A stretch of DNA of 64,000 bases from the human T2T-CHM13v2.0 reference genome, Homo sapiens (GCF_009914755.1 NC_060929.1), one strand, 5' to 3'. Counted from the first letter of the stretch, positions 40,951 to 54,467 are shown. The notes: generated by a model from the sequence alone, not told the origin. Numbers and translations: made by a program.

Positions 40951-42712
40951 CCACCCCAGCAGAGAGGGGGAGGTGGCACCGTGTTATTTTCTGCACAGTC
41001 CAGGCTGTCCACATGGTCTCCTCTGATACCACAACTGTGGAGCTTGCTAGCAGTTGGGGGAATGAAAGTCTCAGTTTCATTTTTTGGCCTGATCTGATAC
41101 CACCAGAAGTATTGGGATTCCTCATTAACAGCTTTGCAAGAGCGTTAATCTAGATTCCCCACTCAACTTTTGCTGGTGTGGGGCCACAGTTTTTTTCTGT
41201 GGTGATTACCTGGAGTAAATGATTATCTAGGAGCTTTTTGTCTTGCTAGGCTGCCTATTTCCTGGTCCTTTGTCTAGAGAAAGCATGCTTTTTTTTTTGA
41301 GCTTTTTGCATCAGTACCCAATAATGTTTCTGGTTGTTGGCTTCTTCTGGTCCAAGTCTGGAATAGATAAGGCAAAAACCCAGAGATTTCACCACTGTGT
41401 CAGTCTTCAAAATTTATAACACTTTAAAGTATTTTGCACTTCCAAATGTTGACAATGTTCTCTAAATCTGCTAACCTTTAGAATGTTTCCAAGTTTAAAG
41501 TTTGCTTCACTTTTAGACTAAGAGAATATTCATGTATCTTATGTTGCTCTATCTTTTGTAATAAAGTAATTACTACATTGAACTGTTAAAATATATAAAC
41601 TGCTTGTTAAAAATAAAATAGCTCCATGTTTTGTCTATATCTTAATTATCAAGTAAACAAGGATTTAGGCTTTCTGATTATGAAGACATACTGGATTAAA
41701 TAATCCTTATTCACATTAATGTCCTTAACTATTCTTAGTACTTAAAATATAAACATTATGGCCATTCCTTTAAAAAAAAACTAGTGATAGCTTATTCTGA
41801 TCACATTTCTTAGTCAAACTAAGATGTAGCTATGGGATTCTGATTATGAATTGGACTGAAATTGAAAGAGAGGTTTATTAATAGGTAGGTTATTCTCAAA
41901 TTATTTTTTAAATATATCTTTGCATAAGATTTACATTTTTCTTTTGACTATGGATTATATAAAGATTCTCAGTACGTGTCTCTGATATTGCGATTCAATA
42001 TCCATATGATTTTTGTTGTAATATGACAATGTTTGGTCTTGATAAGAAAAAAGCATGGATGAAAATTTAACATAGGAATAAAAGATCTAGTGGACACCGA
42101 TTCAATTAGGAATACTGAGTTTTGGAAGTCAGAGTTATAAGTTCAATACTTAGGTCATTATGTTATATAACAACAAGGGAAAATGTCACAAATATCTTTA
42201 TTCTAACAGTTAAAGTATCAGAAAATGATGAAGTTGTTCATACCACATTAAAGGAATTTTACATGTGTTCAGAAATTTTCCAAAAATGTCATCTGTAAGT
42301 ACCTGATAACTATATATACATGTGCATATGTACGTGTGTGTGTATAATATCATTTAAAAAAAAACACCCAAGCTATCCTAGAATAAGGTGAATCATATCA
42401 GTCAAACTACCTTATTTTAAAACTTTGACATTCAGTTGCAAATATTTAATAATAAAAATATATAAGCTGATAAATCGTTTTAAATAAAATGATGTAAGGA
42501 GAGGTTAAGTAGATCTTAAAGTTTCTAATTCAATTGTAATATGTTTGTAATCATTACTAAAAGAAAATACTGGATTACACACTCTCCAATGAGATTTGAA
42601 ATGTTCTGGGTCTTAAAAGGACATAAAATTGAAAATGATTGCATTTAACAAATTGCAGACGGATATAGATTGCATTTTGAAAATCAACGAATGGATCTAA
42701 AATTTACATTGG

Positions 42713-42742
42713 CCACATGATGTCGCTGTACACCACAAAGTC
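42713..42742 (+). promoter_or_regulatory. PCDHA1 promoter conserved sequence element (CSE), with the CGCT core at 42724-42727. This is a CTCF-bound promoter site.
   Basis: The sequence is ccacatgatgtcgctgtacaccacaaagtc, 189 bp upstream of the ATG. The same ~20-mer recurs before every variable exon in the window. Confidence 0.85.
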
Positions 42743-42912
42743 TTGTCAATAGAAGGGAGCTACTGATCACTAAAAGTGAAGGAGGAAGCTCCATTTTGTC
42801 ACCGCCTGAGAGAAGACAGAAACGGTAAAGAGATAAATGATTGGAAATATTAGATAAAATGGCATGATTTTGAAGTAAGAGGAGAGCATAAGAAAGGTGT
42901 AGTCCTTTTGCA

Positions 42913-45306
42913 ATGGTGTTTTCTAGGAGAGGGGGCCTGGGAGCCCGGGATCTGCTTCTTTGGCTTCTGCTCCTCGCAGCCTGGGAGGTGGGGAGCGGCC
43001 AGCTCCACTACTCGATCCCGGAGGAAGCCAAACACGGCACCTTCGTTGGCCGCGTTGCTCAGGACCTGGGACTGGAGCTGGCGGAGCTGGTGCCTCGCCT
43101 GTTCCGGGTGGCGTCCAAAACACACAGGGACCTTCTGGAGGTAAATCTGCAGAATGGCATTTTGTTTGTGAATTCTCGGATCGATCGCGAGGAGCTGTGC
43201 CAGTGGAGCGCGGAGTGCAGCATCCACCTGGAGTTGATCGCCGACAGGCCGCTGCAGGTTTTCCATGTGGAGGTGAAGGTGAAAGACATTAACGATAATC
43301 CACCCGTCTTCAGGGGCAGAGAACAAATAATATTTATTCCTGAATCTAGACTCCTGAATTCGCGTTTTCCGATAGAAGGAGCTGCTGATGCAGACATTGG
43401 TGCTAACGCTCTTCTAACGTACACGCTCAGCCCGAGTGATTATTTCTCTTTGGATGTAGAGGCAAGTGATGAACTGAGTAAATCTCTTTGGCTTGAATTG
43501 AGAAAATATTTGGATAGAGAAGAAACACCAGAACTTCACTTATTACTGACTGCCACTGATGGGGGCAAACCGGAGCTGCAAGGTACAGTTGAGCTGCTGA
43601 TCACCGTCCTCGACGTTAATGATAACGCCCCACTGTTTGACCAGGCCGTATACAGAGTCCACTTGTTAGAGACTACAGCAAATGGAACATTAGTGACCAC
43701 ATTAAATGCCTCTGATGCTGACGAAGGTGTAAATGGTGAAGTCGTCTTTTCCTTTGACAGTGGTATTTCTCGTGACATTCAAGAAAAATTCAAAGTTGAT
43801 TCCAGCTCAGGAGAAATTAGGTTAATTGATAAACTGGATTATGAAGAAACAAAATCCTACGAAATTCAAGTAAAGGCAGTTGATAAAGGAAGTCCTCCGA
43901 TGTCAAATCACTGTAAGGTTTTGGTGAAAGTGCTGGATGTAAATGATAATGCTCCAGAACTGGCGGTCACTTCATTGTATTTGCCTATCAGAGAGGACGC
44001 TCCACTCAGCACCGTCATCGCCCTCATCACCGTGTCTGACCGTGACTCAGGTGCCAACGGGCAGGTGACTTGCTCCTTAATGCCCCACGTCCCCTTCAAG
44101 CTGGTGTCCACCTTCAAGAATTACTACTCGTTGGTGTTGGACAGCGCCCTGGATCGCGAGAGCCTGTCGGTCTATGAGCTGGTGGTGACCGCGCGGGACG
44201 GGGGCTCGCCTTCGCTGTGGGCCACGGCCAGGGTGTCCGTGGAGGTGGCCGACGTGAATGACAACGCGCCTGCGTTCGCGCAGCCCGAGTACACAGTATT
44301 CGTGAAGGAGAACAACCCGCCGGGCTGCCACATCTTCACGGTGTCTGCGCGGGACGCGGACGCGCAGGAGAACGCGCTGGTGTCCTATTCGCTGGTGGAA
44401 CGGCGGGTGGGCGAGCGCGCGCTGTCGAACTACGTGTCAGTGCACGCGGAGAGCGGCAAGGTGTACGCACTGCAGCCCCTGGACCACGAGGAGCTGGAGC
44501 TGCTGCAGTTCCAGGTGAGCGCGCGGGATGCGGGCGTGCCGCCTCTGGGCAGCAACGTGACGCTGCAGGTGTTCGTGCTGGACGAGAACGACAACGCGCC
44601 GGCGCTGCTGGCGCCTCGAGTGGGTGGCACTATTGGTGCAGTCAGTGAGCTGGTGCCGCGATTGGTGGGTGCGGGTCATGTGGTGGCGAAGGTGCGCGCA
44701 GTGGACGCCGACTCGGGCTACAACGCGTGGCTGTCCTATGAACTGCAGCCGGCAGCAGGCGGCGCGCGCATCCCGTTCCGCGTGGGGCTGTACACGGGCG
44801 AGATCAGCACGACTCGTGTCCTGGACGAGGCTGACTTGTCGCGCTACCGCCTTCTGGTGCTAGTGAAGGATCACGGTGAGCCGGCGCTGACAGCCACGGC
44901 CACTGTGCTTGTATCTCTGGTGGAGAGCGGCCAGGCGCCAAAGGCGTCTTCGCGGGCGTCGGTGGGTGTCGCGGGCCCAGAGGCGGCGCTGGTGGATGTC
45001 AACGTGTACCTGATCATCGCCATCTGCGCGGTGTCCAGCCTGCTGGTGCTCACACTGCTGCTGTACACGGCGCTGCGGTGCTCAGTGCCGCCCACTGAGG
45101 GTGCGTATGTGCCGGGCAAGCCCACTCTGGTGTGCTCCAGCGCGTTGGGGAGCTGGTCGAACTCACAGCAGAGGCGGCAGAGGGTGTGCTCTAGCGAGGG
45201 CCCACCCAAGACCGACCTCATGGCCTTCAGCCCAGGCCTATCTCCAAGTCTTAACACGTCAGAAAGAAATGAACAACCAGAAGCAAATTTGGATCTTTCT
45301 GGTAAT
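42913..45306 (+). CDS. PCDHA1: Protocadherin alpha-1 variable exon (signal peptide, EC1-EC6, TM, proximal cytoplasmic segment). The CDS stops at the GT donor, and the remainder of the protein comes from constant exons outside the window.
   Basis: The ORF starts [34 protein letters not shown]. It has six cadherin repeats with [36 protein letters not shown] and DENDNAPAL junctions. The TM helix is [26 protein letters not shown]. The frame is closed at ...LDLSGN immediately before gtaagt at 45307. The N-terminus matches my memory of human PCDHA1. Confidence 0.85.
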
Positions 45307-45312
45307 GTAAGT
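45307..45312 (+). other. 5' splice donor (gtaagt) ending the PCDHA1 variable exon.
   Basis: It is in phase 0 after codon AAT (N). Downstream read-through gives nonsense (VSPTFEFWL*). Confidence 0.8.
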
Positions 45313-45776
45313 CCAACTTTCGAGTTTTGGCTTTAAATATTTTTCATATTTAACTTGTCTAATCATCTTTTCAAATATCACTTTAAAAAATGTCTTCAAG
45401 GTGTTCACTAACGTTGAAATAAATCATACCATTGAATGTAGATATCCTATTAATGGCAGTTTTGTCTTGAATGGAACTAGAAAGCAAAGAAAAATGTAGG
45501 GACAAATTGTCGTATTTCTTGATTTAAATGGCAGGTTAAAAAAGCTACAATACAAGGTACAATAAAAGGTAATGTTGGTCATATTTAACACAATATCTCA
45601 ATGTAGTAAAATAACAGTGACATATTCGGGGTAACTTATTATGTTATCTTTTCTGGTGAAATGTCAAGCCCCGGACAAACAATTCTTGACAAAGTTACAG
45701 AAATCATCTGCCTTCCCTTTACGTGGCTAAGTTTCAAAGTGAACAATAAACTGAAGTTTTAAGCAAACGTAATTTA

Positions 45777-46127
<351 letters not shown>

Positions 46128-48594
46128 TTATTGGGCGATTTGTTTAATTTCTTTATGAAAACATACAACCACGACTTCATTGTCATTGTGAACAATTTCC
46201 TGATGCCATTAACCTTGAATTCCCCTGGGTCTAGAAGGCTTAGCATTGCATGTATTTGCTATTTCGGGGATCCAGTTAGGAAACACTTATTAAGCACCTC
46301 CCATTCCTCCCATTCACTCACAAATGTTCTAAAACCCTTTACTTTTTTAGCTCATTCGATCCTTCCAACGATTTTATGAAGTGAAGACTTTCGTCACATT
46401 TTGTGGATAAAGGTGCTGAGGCTCGCAAAACCTAAGTTCAGTATTATTACTAAGTTTTCTTCAAATTTCCCGAGGATATCCAAAAACTTGCTTGCTGTTA
46501 ATACAGTTCTTTACCTTTCCTAAAATGTTTAAGGTGGCTTACAGTGGAAGAAATTTGTGAAAGCAAATTATTAAAAAATCTGCTTAAGGTCAAAGTAAAA
46601 GATCAAGAGAAAGGTGGGAGTCATTATTTCAAAAATCAAGCCTAGGCTGAGTGAAAATCCCAATACTTACCTTCCTGTAAGTCAATATAGAAGTATGAAA
46701 AAATAACAATAAAAGGAAATTCTCTATACCATTTCTTCAAGAGAGAAAAAATAGCCTCTTCCTGCTACAAAATCAAGGAAGATTTGATTACTGATGATTG
46801 TGTAAAGGTTGAGAAATATACTGGGCAGCACGTTTTATAGCAGTTTTGCAAAACCCACGGAAATATCCTTGATGTAGACATCATTGTATTTGGTAGTCAT
46901 TCAGTCAAGGGCATAATGTTAAATTTTATTTCCTATGTTTGCTTCTGAAGTTACTTAAATATTAAATGAATATATTTTTGTTTGTCAAACTTTCAAACAT
47001 ACATGAATGTCCCCTTGTGAAGACATTCTATGAGAAATTAATATAATTTGCTAGTTAAGTTTCCAGAGATTTGAGTTGATACAGAGTTGTTGCTTAGAGT
47101 ATTGTAAAAAATAGGCTGTAAACATGTTCTGTAACTTTTAATATATTATCGTACTCAGCCTTTTGGCAAGAATCAGAAAAAAATAATCTTAGCATCACGT
47201 TGCCAAGAAAATGTCCCAGTTCCTCAAAATATGAGACAAACTTTGCAGGATTATAAAATTGGAAAAAATAGATCAGAAAATCACAAAATAATTTCTCTTT
47301 CCAATTCACATTACTGTGTCCCCAAAGCTTCATTTGCTAACAGTATTAATGGCCAGGCTTAGGATTGCCTTTACATACATTCAATATTTCTTTATTTAGT
47401 TTTCTAGGTTAGTTGAGTGTATTAACCTGAAGGTGAATCACAAATAATAGTGAATTACTATTAAACCAAAAATAAATGGGCGTAGGAGTACAAAATTTGA
47501 AAAGTAATTTTTATGAAAAGGTAATTCTAGAATGGAGGAAAAAATGATTGTGGAGTGGTATTGTCACTTAGTGTTTATTTTAATGTAAATATGAATGGAT
47601 TTCCCATTGGTAGTTAAAGTTCTTGCTCCATTCCAAATCTTCATATAGTTAACACAACTTTCAACAGGTTTATCTTTCTTCACAAGATTTCATCCACAAA
47701 CTAGTAAGGTATCATTTGAGGGACCTTAGAGACTTGTGGTCAGTGAAGGATGCAAATAGATGAAAATGAGAAATAGTTTATATTGCTAGCCACTACCGAT
47801 ATTCCTCTGAGAATGCTGGAGGATTTCACTTTTCTGTTATTTTGAGGTAGCACGATTGTGTAATTTCCTTTGGCCAATGAAATGTGAATGGTGTGTCACT
47901 TCCAAGCAGAATTATGTAACTGCCAGTGAAAGACTCTTCTGCTATCTTTTCCTGTTACAGCAATTACATAAGCACTGGTTGATACTGAGACACCATAAAG
48001 TCAAAGCAATCCAGGATGCTGAGCCAACATGTGGAGAAAAGCTGTCATAGGAAGTCCCCAATAACTACAAAGGACTCTGCAGCAGCAAGAAATAAAATTA
48101 TGTTTATTTTAGAGGAAAAACTGAATGTTAACTCACAACAGCATATGTATTGAGGTCCCACTGCCATTAAGCTAATATGAACCAGATAAATTTTAAGAGG
48201 GGGGCATTTTTTTTACAACAGGAAATACAACTGTAGGAGAACATTATTGTTGACACTTTTTACTAAGACATCTGACCGTTAAGCAGATTAGATAACTTGA
48301 ATTCCATGGAAAAAATCTACTGTGTTTTGATTTCTTTTTCTTAAATATAAAAGGTAGCAGAAGAAAAATAATAAACTGAAATTTAAAATGTCATAGATAT
48401 TCCTTCTTTTTTCTTGCTTAGCATCCACTCCCCTTGTTGTTTTTTTCTTCTGGGGTCTTCTAGTAGTTTTGTGAAAGACTAGGTTGAAGGTTTTGCAAGA
48501 ATGAGTGCTTGGACATGTAAACGTTAAGGGATATACAGTTCCATAGATAGGTGCAAAGGGTATAATTTTAGCAATGGGTACTATATTAATTTCC

Positions 48595-49060
48595 TTGGGC
48601 TGATGCAACAAATTACCACAGACTTGGTGGCTTGAAATAACAGAAATTTATTTTCTTACAGAGTCTCTGTAAGAATAAATTTCTTCTCTCTTATGGAGGC
48701 CAGAAGTCCAAAATCAGCGTGTTTCCTGGGCCGCATTTCTTCTGAAGACTTTAGGGGAAATTTTTTTCTTGGATCTTCCAGCTTCTGGTAGCTCTTGGCA
48801 TTGCTTGGCTTGTGGCAGCATAACTCCAGTTCCTGCCTCTGTCTTCACATTTCCTTCTTTCCTGTGTTACTATATGCCTTCTCTTTTTCTGTCTTTTATA
48901 AGGGGCAACCATCATTGGATTTATGGCCTTCTGTAATCTAGGATGATCTCATATCAAGATCCTCATCTTTGTTACATCTGCAAAGACCTTTATTCCAAAT
49001 AAGGTCACTTATTTAAACCTCAGAAAAGTGATGTCTTTTGGGGTATCTTTGACCCAAAAC
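48595..49060. repeat. Unclassified old interspersed repeat, LTR-like.
   Basis: The sequence ...caacaaattaccacagacttggtggcttgaaataacagaaatttattttcttacagagtctctg...ggccagaagtccaaaatcagcgtgtttcctggg is a motif I recognise as a common mammalian repeat, but I cannot name the family. Confidence 0.35.
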
Positions 49061-50559
49061 AGGTACCAAGAGATATCAAGTGCAGTGGGAGGAAGGATAT
49101 TTGCTGAGCATGGCTTCTTAATCTCTTTTCCCCGTTGTGGGGGAAATGTACTTGCATATCTGGCAATAGTATTCTATCTCCGGGGGAAGGGGGAAATATT
49201 CCATATTCTCAGAAATCCTAAATAACAGCACAAAATGCCTCTTATACCCCCACATATGTCATTCTGAATATCCGGTATAATTAATTACCTTATATGATTG
49301 CAGAAATTGTCTCAAGCAAGCCATGTTTCCTGAAGCTAGCATCTGGATTCTAGGTATAATTCCTTCTATGTGTCAACAGTGGTCAATGTTGGCTATAGAT
49401 TAAATAATAATTACTGGGTATCATACATATGCAATTGCTTTGCAACTACATAATGCTGTAACGAGCAGTTCTGAAGCTATCTGCCATCTGTTTAAGCTCC
49501 AGGAGAATTTGGGTACATGCCATGACCTCCACTTTTCAGTTCACATAAAAACCAACCTCCCACTTTTCAGTTCACATAATTTAGGTGGAGCTGATTTCAT
49601 TTCCTGGCTTCAAGAATGAGCAAGTGGACCCATGTCTAGCCAATGTGAGAAAAATCACAATTATTGACTAAAGGAAATTTACATCATCCAAACTGGGCTG
49701 TAGGAAGTAATATCCAGGATTTTTGCTGGACTATTAGAAAAGAGCACTTTCTGGTAAGAGTCATCAAACTGGTAATTTTTAGTCTAGAAAGCTACTTTGG
49801 CCATTTTGCCAGCAGATGGGAAAAGTCTATCTGAGAAGAAGTTCAGCAGGGGAAAAGGAATTATAAATGTGGAGATTATTTTCCTTATGGAATTATGGAA
49901 GGGTGTAGACCCAGCTCTGTCTGAAACCAGTAATTAATTACCCATTTCCATGTATGAGTCAGTACAGGATTCTCTGGTTTATTTTTGCTTAAATCGGTTA
50001 ACTTGGGATTTACTGTTAGAGTATGATTAACATAAATACACATTTCCATAGATGGTACAAATGAGTATCTTAAGATACTGTACATGAGGGAAAAAAATTG
50101 TTATTGGAAAAAAAGCTAGCTTTTCTTAACAAGAGCTTTGCTTTTCTCTTACGGACATTGCAAATTTTGCAATTAATTTTACTTCTCTCTTTGCTCTAGG
50201 AAGCTGAAAACAAAATTGGTGACATGGTTAGAGTAACTGAAGGTGACCCTTTATTATGGATTTTGTATGCTATCCCACTCCTTGATTCATTTTATTTCAT
50301 CCTCATCTTATCTTTATTCTATTTTCATTTTTTTACTGTGAAGGGATCAGCTAAAAATTAACAAAAGAAGATATTCTCAAGTAATTAACACAAAAAAAGA
50401 GATCGATTGTATTGTTCTTGCATAAAAGTCTAAATGTAATGGAAAAGGAATATTCTAAAGTAATAGTACATTATCCAAATGAGAAACAAATAAATTATTA
50501 ATTTCAAAACATTTGCAAACAATTCAAAAATCAAAATTAAATCACAAAACAACAGTATA

Positions 50560-51310
50560 TATACACATATATTTTCAATGGACTAAAATACCTTTGATTA
50601 CTATGTTCTTCATTTGAAGAAATAGTGAAAAATGCTAATATATCCAAAAGAATTGAAAGCAGGGTCTCAAAGAAATATATGCACACCCATGTTCATGGCA
50701 GCACTGTTCACAACAGTCAAGAAATGGAAGCAACTCAAATGTCCACGAATACTTGAATGAATAAACAAAACGTGGTGTATACATATGTTGGACTATTATT
50801 CAGCCTTAAAAAGGAAAGAAGTCCTGTCACATGTTACAATATGGATGAACCTTGAGGAACCATCCACGGATGCTTGAATGAATAAACAAAACGTGGTGTA
50901 TACATACGATGGACTAGTATTCAGCCTTAAAAAGGAAATAAATCTTGTCACATGCTACAACATGGATGAACCTTGAGGACATTGTGCTAAGTGAAATAGG
51001 CCAGTCACAAAAAGACAAATACTTTACGAGTCCACTTACACGAAATATCTAAAGTAGTGAAATTCATAGAAATAGAAAATAGGACTGTGGTTACCAGAGA
51101 CTGGAGTGACGGTGAAAAGCGGAGTTGTTGTCTAATGGGTATAGAGTTTCTGTTTTCCAAGATGAAAAATTTGTAACAATGTGAATATACTTAACATTAC
51201 TGAAATGTACATTTAATCATAGTTAATATGGTAATTTTAAATATTATGTTGTGTGTTTTTTAACCAGAGTAAAAAAGGGTAAAAAGGTAATATATTTTAG
51301 GGCTTAAAAT
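50560..51310 (+). mobile_element. Old L1 (L1M-type) 3' end with an internal ~118-bp tandem duplication (50750-50866 and 50868-50985). It lies 100-850 bp upstream of the PCDHA2 CSE.
   Basis: It is the same family as 1-780 in opposite orientation. The unit cttgaatgaataaacaaaacgtggtgtatacata...atggatgaaccttgagga is repeated twice in tandem. Confidence 0.55.
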
Positions 51311-51406
51311 AGTTATTTTTTTCCAAGATGAAAGCTATGAGTAAACTTAAACCAGAAAATCGACTAGTTTTAAATCTACAGAATAAACAGTAGAGCCTTC
51401 CTTTTA

Positions 51407-51438
51407 GCCACATGATGTCGCTGTCCACCATAGAGTGT
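51407..51438 (+). promoter_or_regulatory. PCDHA2 promoter CSE, with CGCT at 51419-51422.
   Basis: The sequence is agccacatgatgtcgctgtccaccatagagtg, 168 bp upstream of the ATG at 51587. Confidence 0.85.
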
Positions 51439-51586
51439 TCTCTAGGAAGGAAAATACCCAGAGCCCCTTTGTTACTTCAGAGAAGCGGAGGAATAAGAGA
51501 AGCAGCAGGACTTTAACAGAGACTAGAATATTTAAATTTTTGCAAAACATGCTCTTCTAATTTGATCAAAACATTGAGGATTGGTA

Positions 51587-53974
51587 ATGGCGTCTTCTAT
51601 CAGAAGGGGCCGAGGGGCCTGGACACGGCTGCTCTCGCTTCTGCTCCTCGCAGCCTGGGAGGTGGGGAGCGGCCAGCTCCGCTACTCCGTCCCCGAGGAG
51701 GCCAAACACGGCACCTTCGTGGGCCGCATCGCGCAGGACCTGGGGCTGGAGCTGGAGGAGCTGGTGCCGCGCCTGTTCCGGGTGGCGTCCAAAAGACACG
51801 GGGACCTTCTGGAGGTAAATCTGCAGAATGGCATTTTGTTTGTGAATTCTCGGATCGACCGGGAGGAGCTGTGCGGGCGGAGCGCGGAATGTAGCATCCA
51901 CGTGGAGGTGATCGTGGACAGGCCGCTGCAGGTTTTCCATGTGGAAGTGGAGGTGAAGGACATTAACGACAACCCGCCAATATTTCCAATGACAGTAAAG
52001 ACTATCCGGTTTCCCGAATCAAGGCTGCTTGATTCTCGGTTTCCTCTAGAGGGAGCATCTGATGCAGATATAGGAGTAAATGCTCTTCTCTCCTACAAGC
52101 TCAGCTCCAGTGAGTTTTTCTTCCTAGATATACAGGCAAATGATGAACTAAGCGAATCTTTGTCTCTCGTGCTGGGGAAATCGCTGGACAGAGAGGAAAC
52201 TGCTGAGGTTAATTTGTTACTGGTGGCTACTGATGGGGGCAAACCTGAGCTCACGGGCACCGTTCAAATACTTATTAAGGTATTAGATGTAAATGACAAT
52301 GAACCAACTTTTGCCCAATCAGTTTACAAAGTAAAATTGTTAGAGAATACGGCAAATGGGACCTTAGTGGTTAAGTTAAACGCTTCTGATGCAGATGAAG
52401 GACCGAACAGCGAGATTGTGTATTCACTCGGTAGTGATGTGTCCTCCACTATACAGACTAAGTTTACCATAGATCCCATCTCAGGGGAAATCAGAACTAA
52501 GGGAAAATTAGATTATGAAGAAGCAAAGTCCTACGAGATTCAGGTCACTGCAACTGACAAAGGAACCCCTTCAATGTCAGGACATTGTAAAATTTCATTA
52601 AAACTTGTGGACATCAATGATAACACACCAGAAGTCTCAATAACGTCTCTCTCACTTCCCATCTCAGAGAACGCTTCCCTGGGCACTGTCATTGCTCTCA
52701 TCACGGTGTCGGATCGCGACTCTGGTACGAATGGACATGTCACCTGCTCCCTGACGCCCCACGTCCCTTTCAAGCTGGTGTCCACCTTCAAGAATTACTA
52801 CTCGTTGGTGCTGGACAGCGCCCTGGACCGCGAGAGCGTGTCAGCCTATGAGCTGGTGGTGACCGCACGGGACGGGGGCTCGCCTTCACTGTGGGCCACC
52901 ACCAGCGTGTCCATCGAGGTGGCCGACGTGAACGACAACGCGCCGGCGTTCGCACAGCCTGAGTACACAGTATTCGTGAAGGAGAACAACCCGCCGGGCT
53001 GCCACATCTTCACGGTGTCAGCGTGGGATGCGGACGCGCAGGAGAACGCGCTGGTGTCCTACTCGCTGGTGGAGCGGCGGGTGGGCGAGCGCGCGTTGTC
53101 GAGCTACGTTTCGGTGCACGCGGAGAGCGGCAAGGTGTACGCGCTGCAGCCGCTGGACCACGAGGAAGTGGAGCTGCTGCAGTTCCAGGTGAGCGCGCGG
53201 GATGCGGGCGTGCCGCCTCTGGGCAGCAACGTGACGCTGCAGGTGTTCGTGCTGGACGAGAACGACAACGCGCCGGCACTGTTGGCGCCTAGGGCTGGCA
53301 CCGCTGCTGGCGCAGTGAGTGAGCTGGTGCCGTGGTCGGTGGGTGCAGGGCACGTGGTGGCGAAGGTGCGCGCAGTGGACGCTGACTCAGGCTACAACGC
53401 GTGGCTTTCGTACGAGCTTCAGCTGGGTACTGGCAGCGCTCGCATCCCGTTCCGCGTGGGGCTATACACGGGTGAGATCAGCACGACACGTGCCCTAGAC
53501 GAGGCTGACTCCCCTCGACACCGCCTACTCGTGCTGGTGAAGGACCACGGCGAACCAGCGTTGACAGCCACGGCCACCGTGTTAGTGTCGTTGGTGGAAA
53601 GTGGCCAGGCACCCAAGGCCTCGTCGCGGGCGTGGGTGGGCGCCGCGGGCTCAGAGGCTACGCTGGTGGATGTCAACGTGTACCTGATCATCGCCATCTG
53701 CGCGGTATCCAGCCTGTTGGTGCTCACGGTGCTGCTGTACACTGCGCTGCGGTGCTCGGTGCCACCCACCGAGGGTGCGCGCGCGCCAGGAAAGCCCACG
53801 CTGGTGTGCTCCAGCGCCGTGGGGAGCTGGTCTTACTCGCAGCAGAGGCGGCAGAGGGTGTGCTCTGGGGAGGACCCCCCCAAGACGGACCTCATGGCCT
53901 TCAGCCCTAGCTTATCTCAAGGTCCAGACTCCGCAGAAGAGAAACAGCTCTCAGAATCAGAATACGTAGGAAAG
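51587..53974 (+). CDS. PCDHA2: Protocadherin alpha-2 variable exon. The ATG is at 51587; the ORF-track start at 51581 is a TTG artefact.
   Basis: The protein reads [44 protein letters not shown]..., with six EC repeats and a TM helix. The exon ends ...SESEYVGK followed by gtgagt at 53975. Confidence 0.85.
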
Positions 53975-53980
53975 GTGAGT
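53975..53980 (+). other. 5' splice donor (gtgagt) ending the PCDHA2 variable exon.
   Basis: It is in phase 0 after AAG (K), and the downstream sequence is AT-rich nonsense. Confidence 0.8.
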
Positions 53981-54467
53981 CTTTTACTTTTTCTTGCCAA
54001 TTCTAAAATTGTTCTTTTTAAAAAATTCTATATGATTTCTACTAGTTATTTAGATTCATAGTTCTTCATTTATTTTATATCATCCTACCGTGCGATTTTG
54101 AATATGAATTAGAGATCAATTTATTGCATTTACTGAACAATTTATTTAAACAATCTACATAACTGTTTTCTTATTTTTACATTTTGGCACTTCCATCATT
54201 AAGTCATAAGTAATAGACCATGAAACACTGAAAAACACCTCAGCAAAATTTGTAAATTAAACATTTCCCATAAATATTTTCTCTCTTAAAAATTGAAAAT
54301 CACAATCGGAAGAAATTAAAGAATTTGATTATATAATACGTATTTTCAACTGACACTGTCTATCCAATCTGTCGGATAGTGTTTGGAATAACCTATATCC
54401 TGGACATTTCTTAGATTGTTCTTTGGATCAACAATGCCCTTGTCTATGCAATAGTTAATAAGCTACA

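Noticed and set aside
45307-45336. ORF-track extensions past each exon end ([20 protein letters not shown]..., [10 protein letters not shown]...).
   Set aside because: Each begins exactly at a consensus gtaagt/gtgagt donor and translates AT-rich intron.
51581-51586. The ORF track starts PCDHA2 at 51581 (MVM...).
   Set aside because: The codon at 51581 is TTG. The real initiator is the ATG at 51587 (MASSIRRG...), consistent with the known protein.
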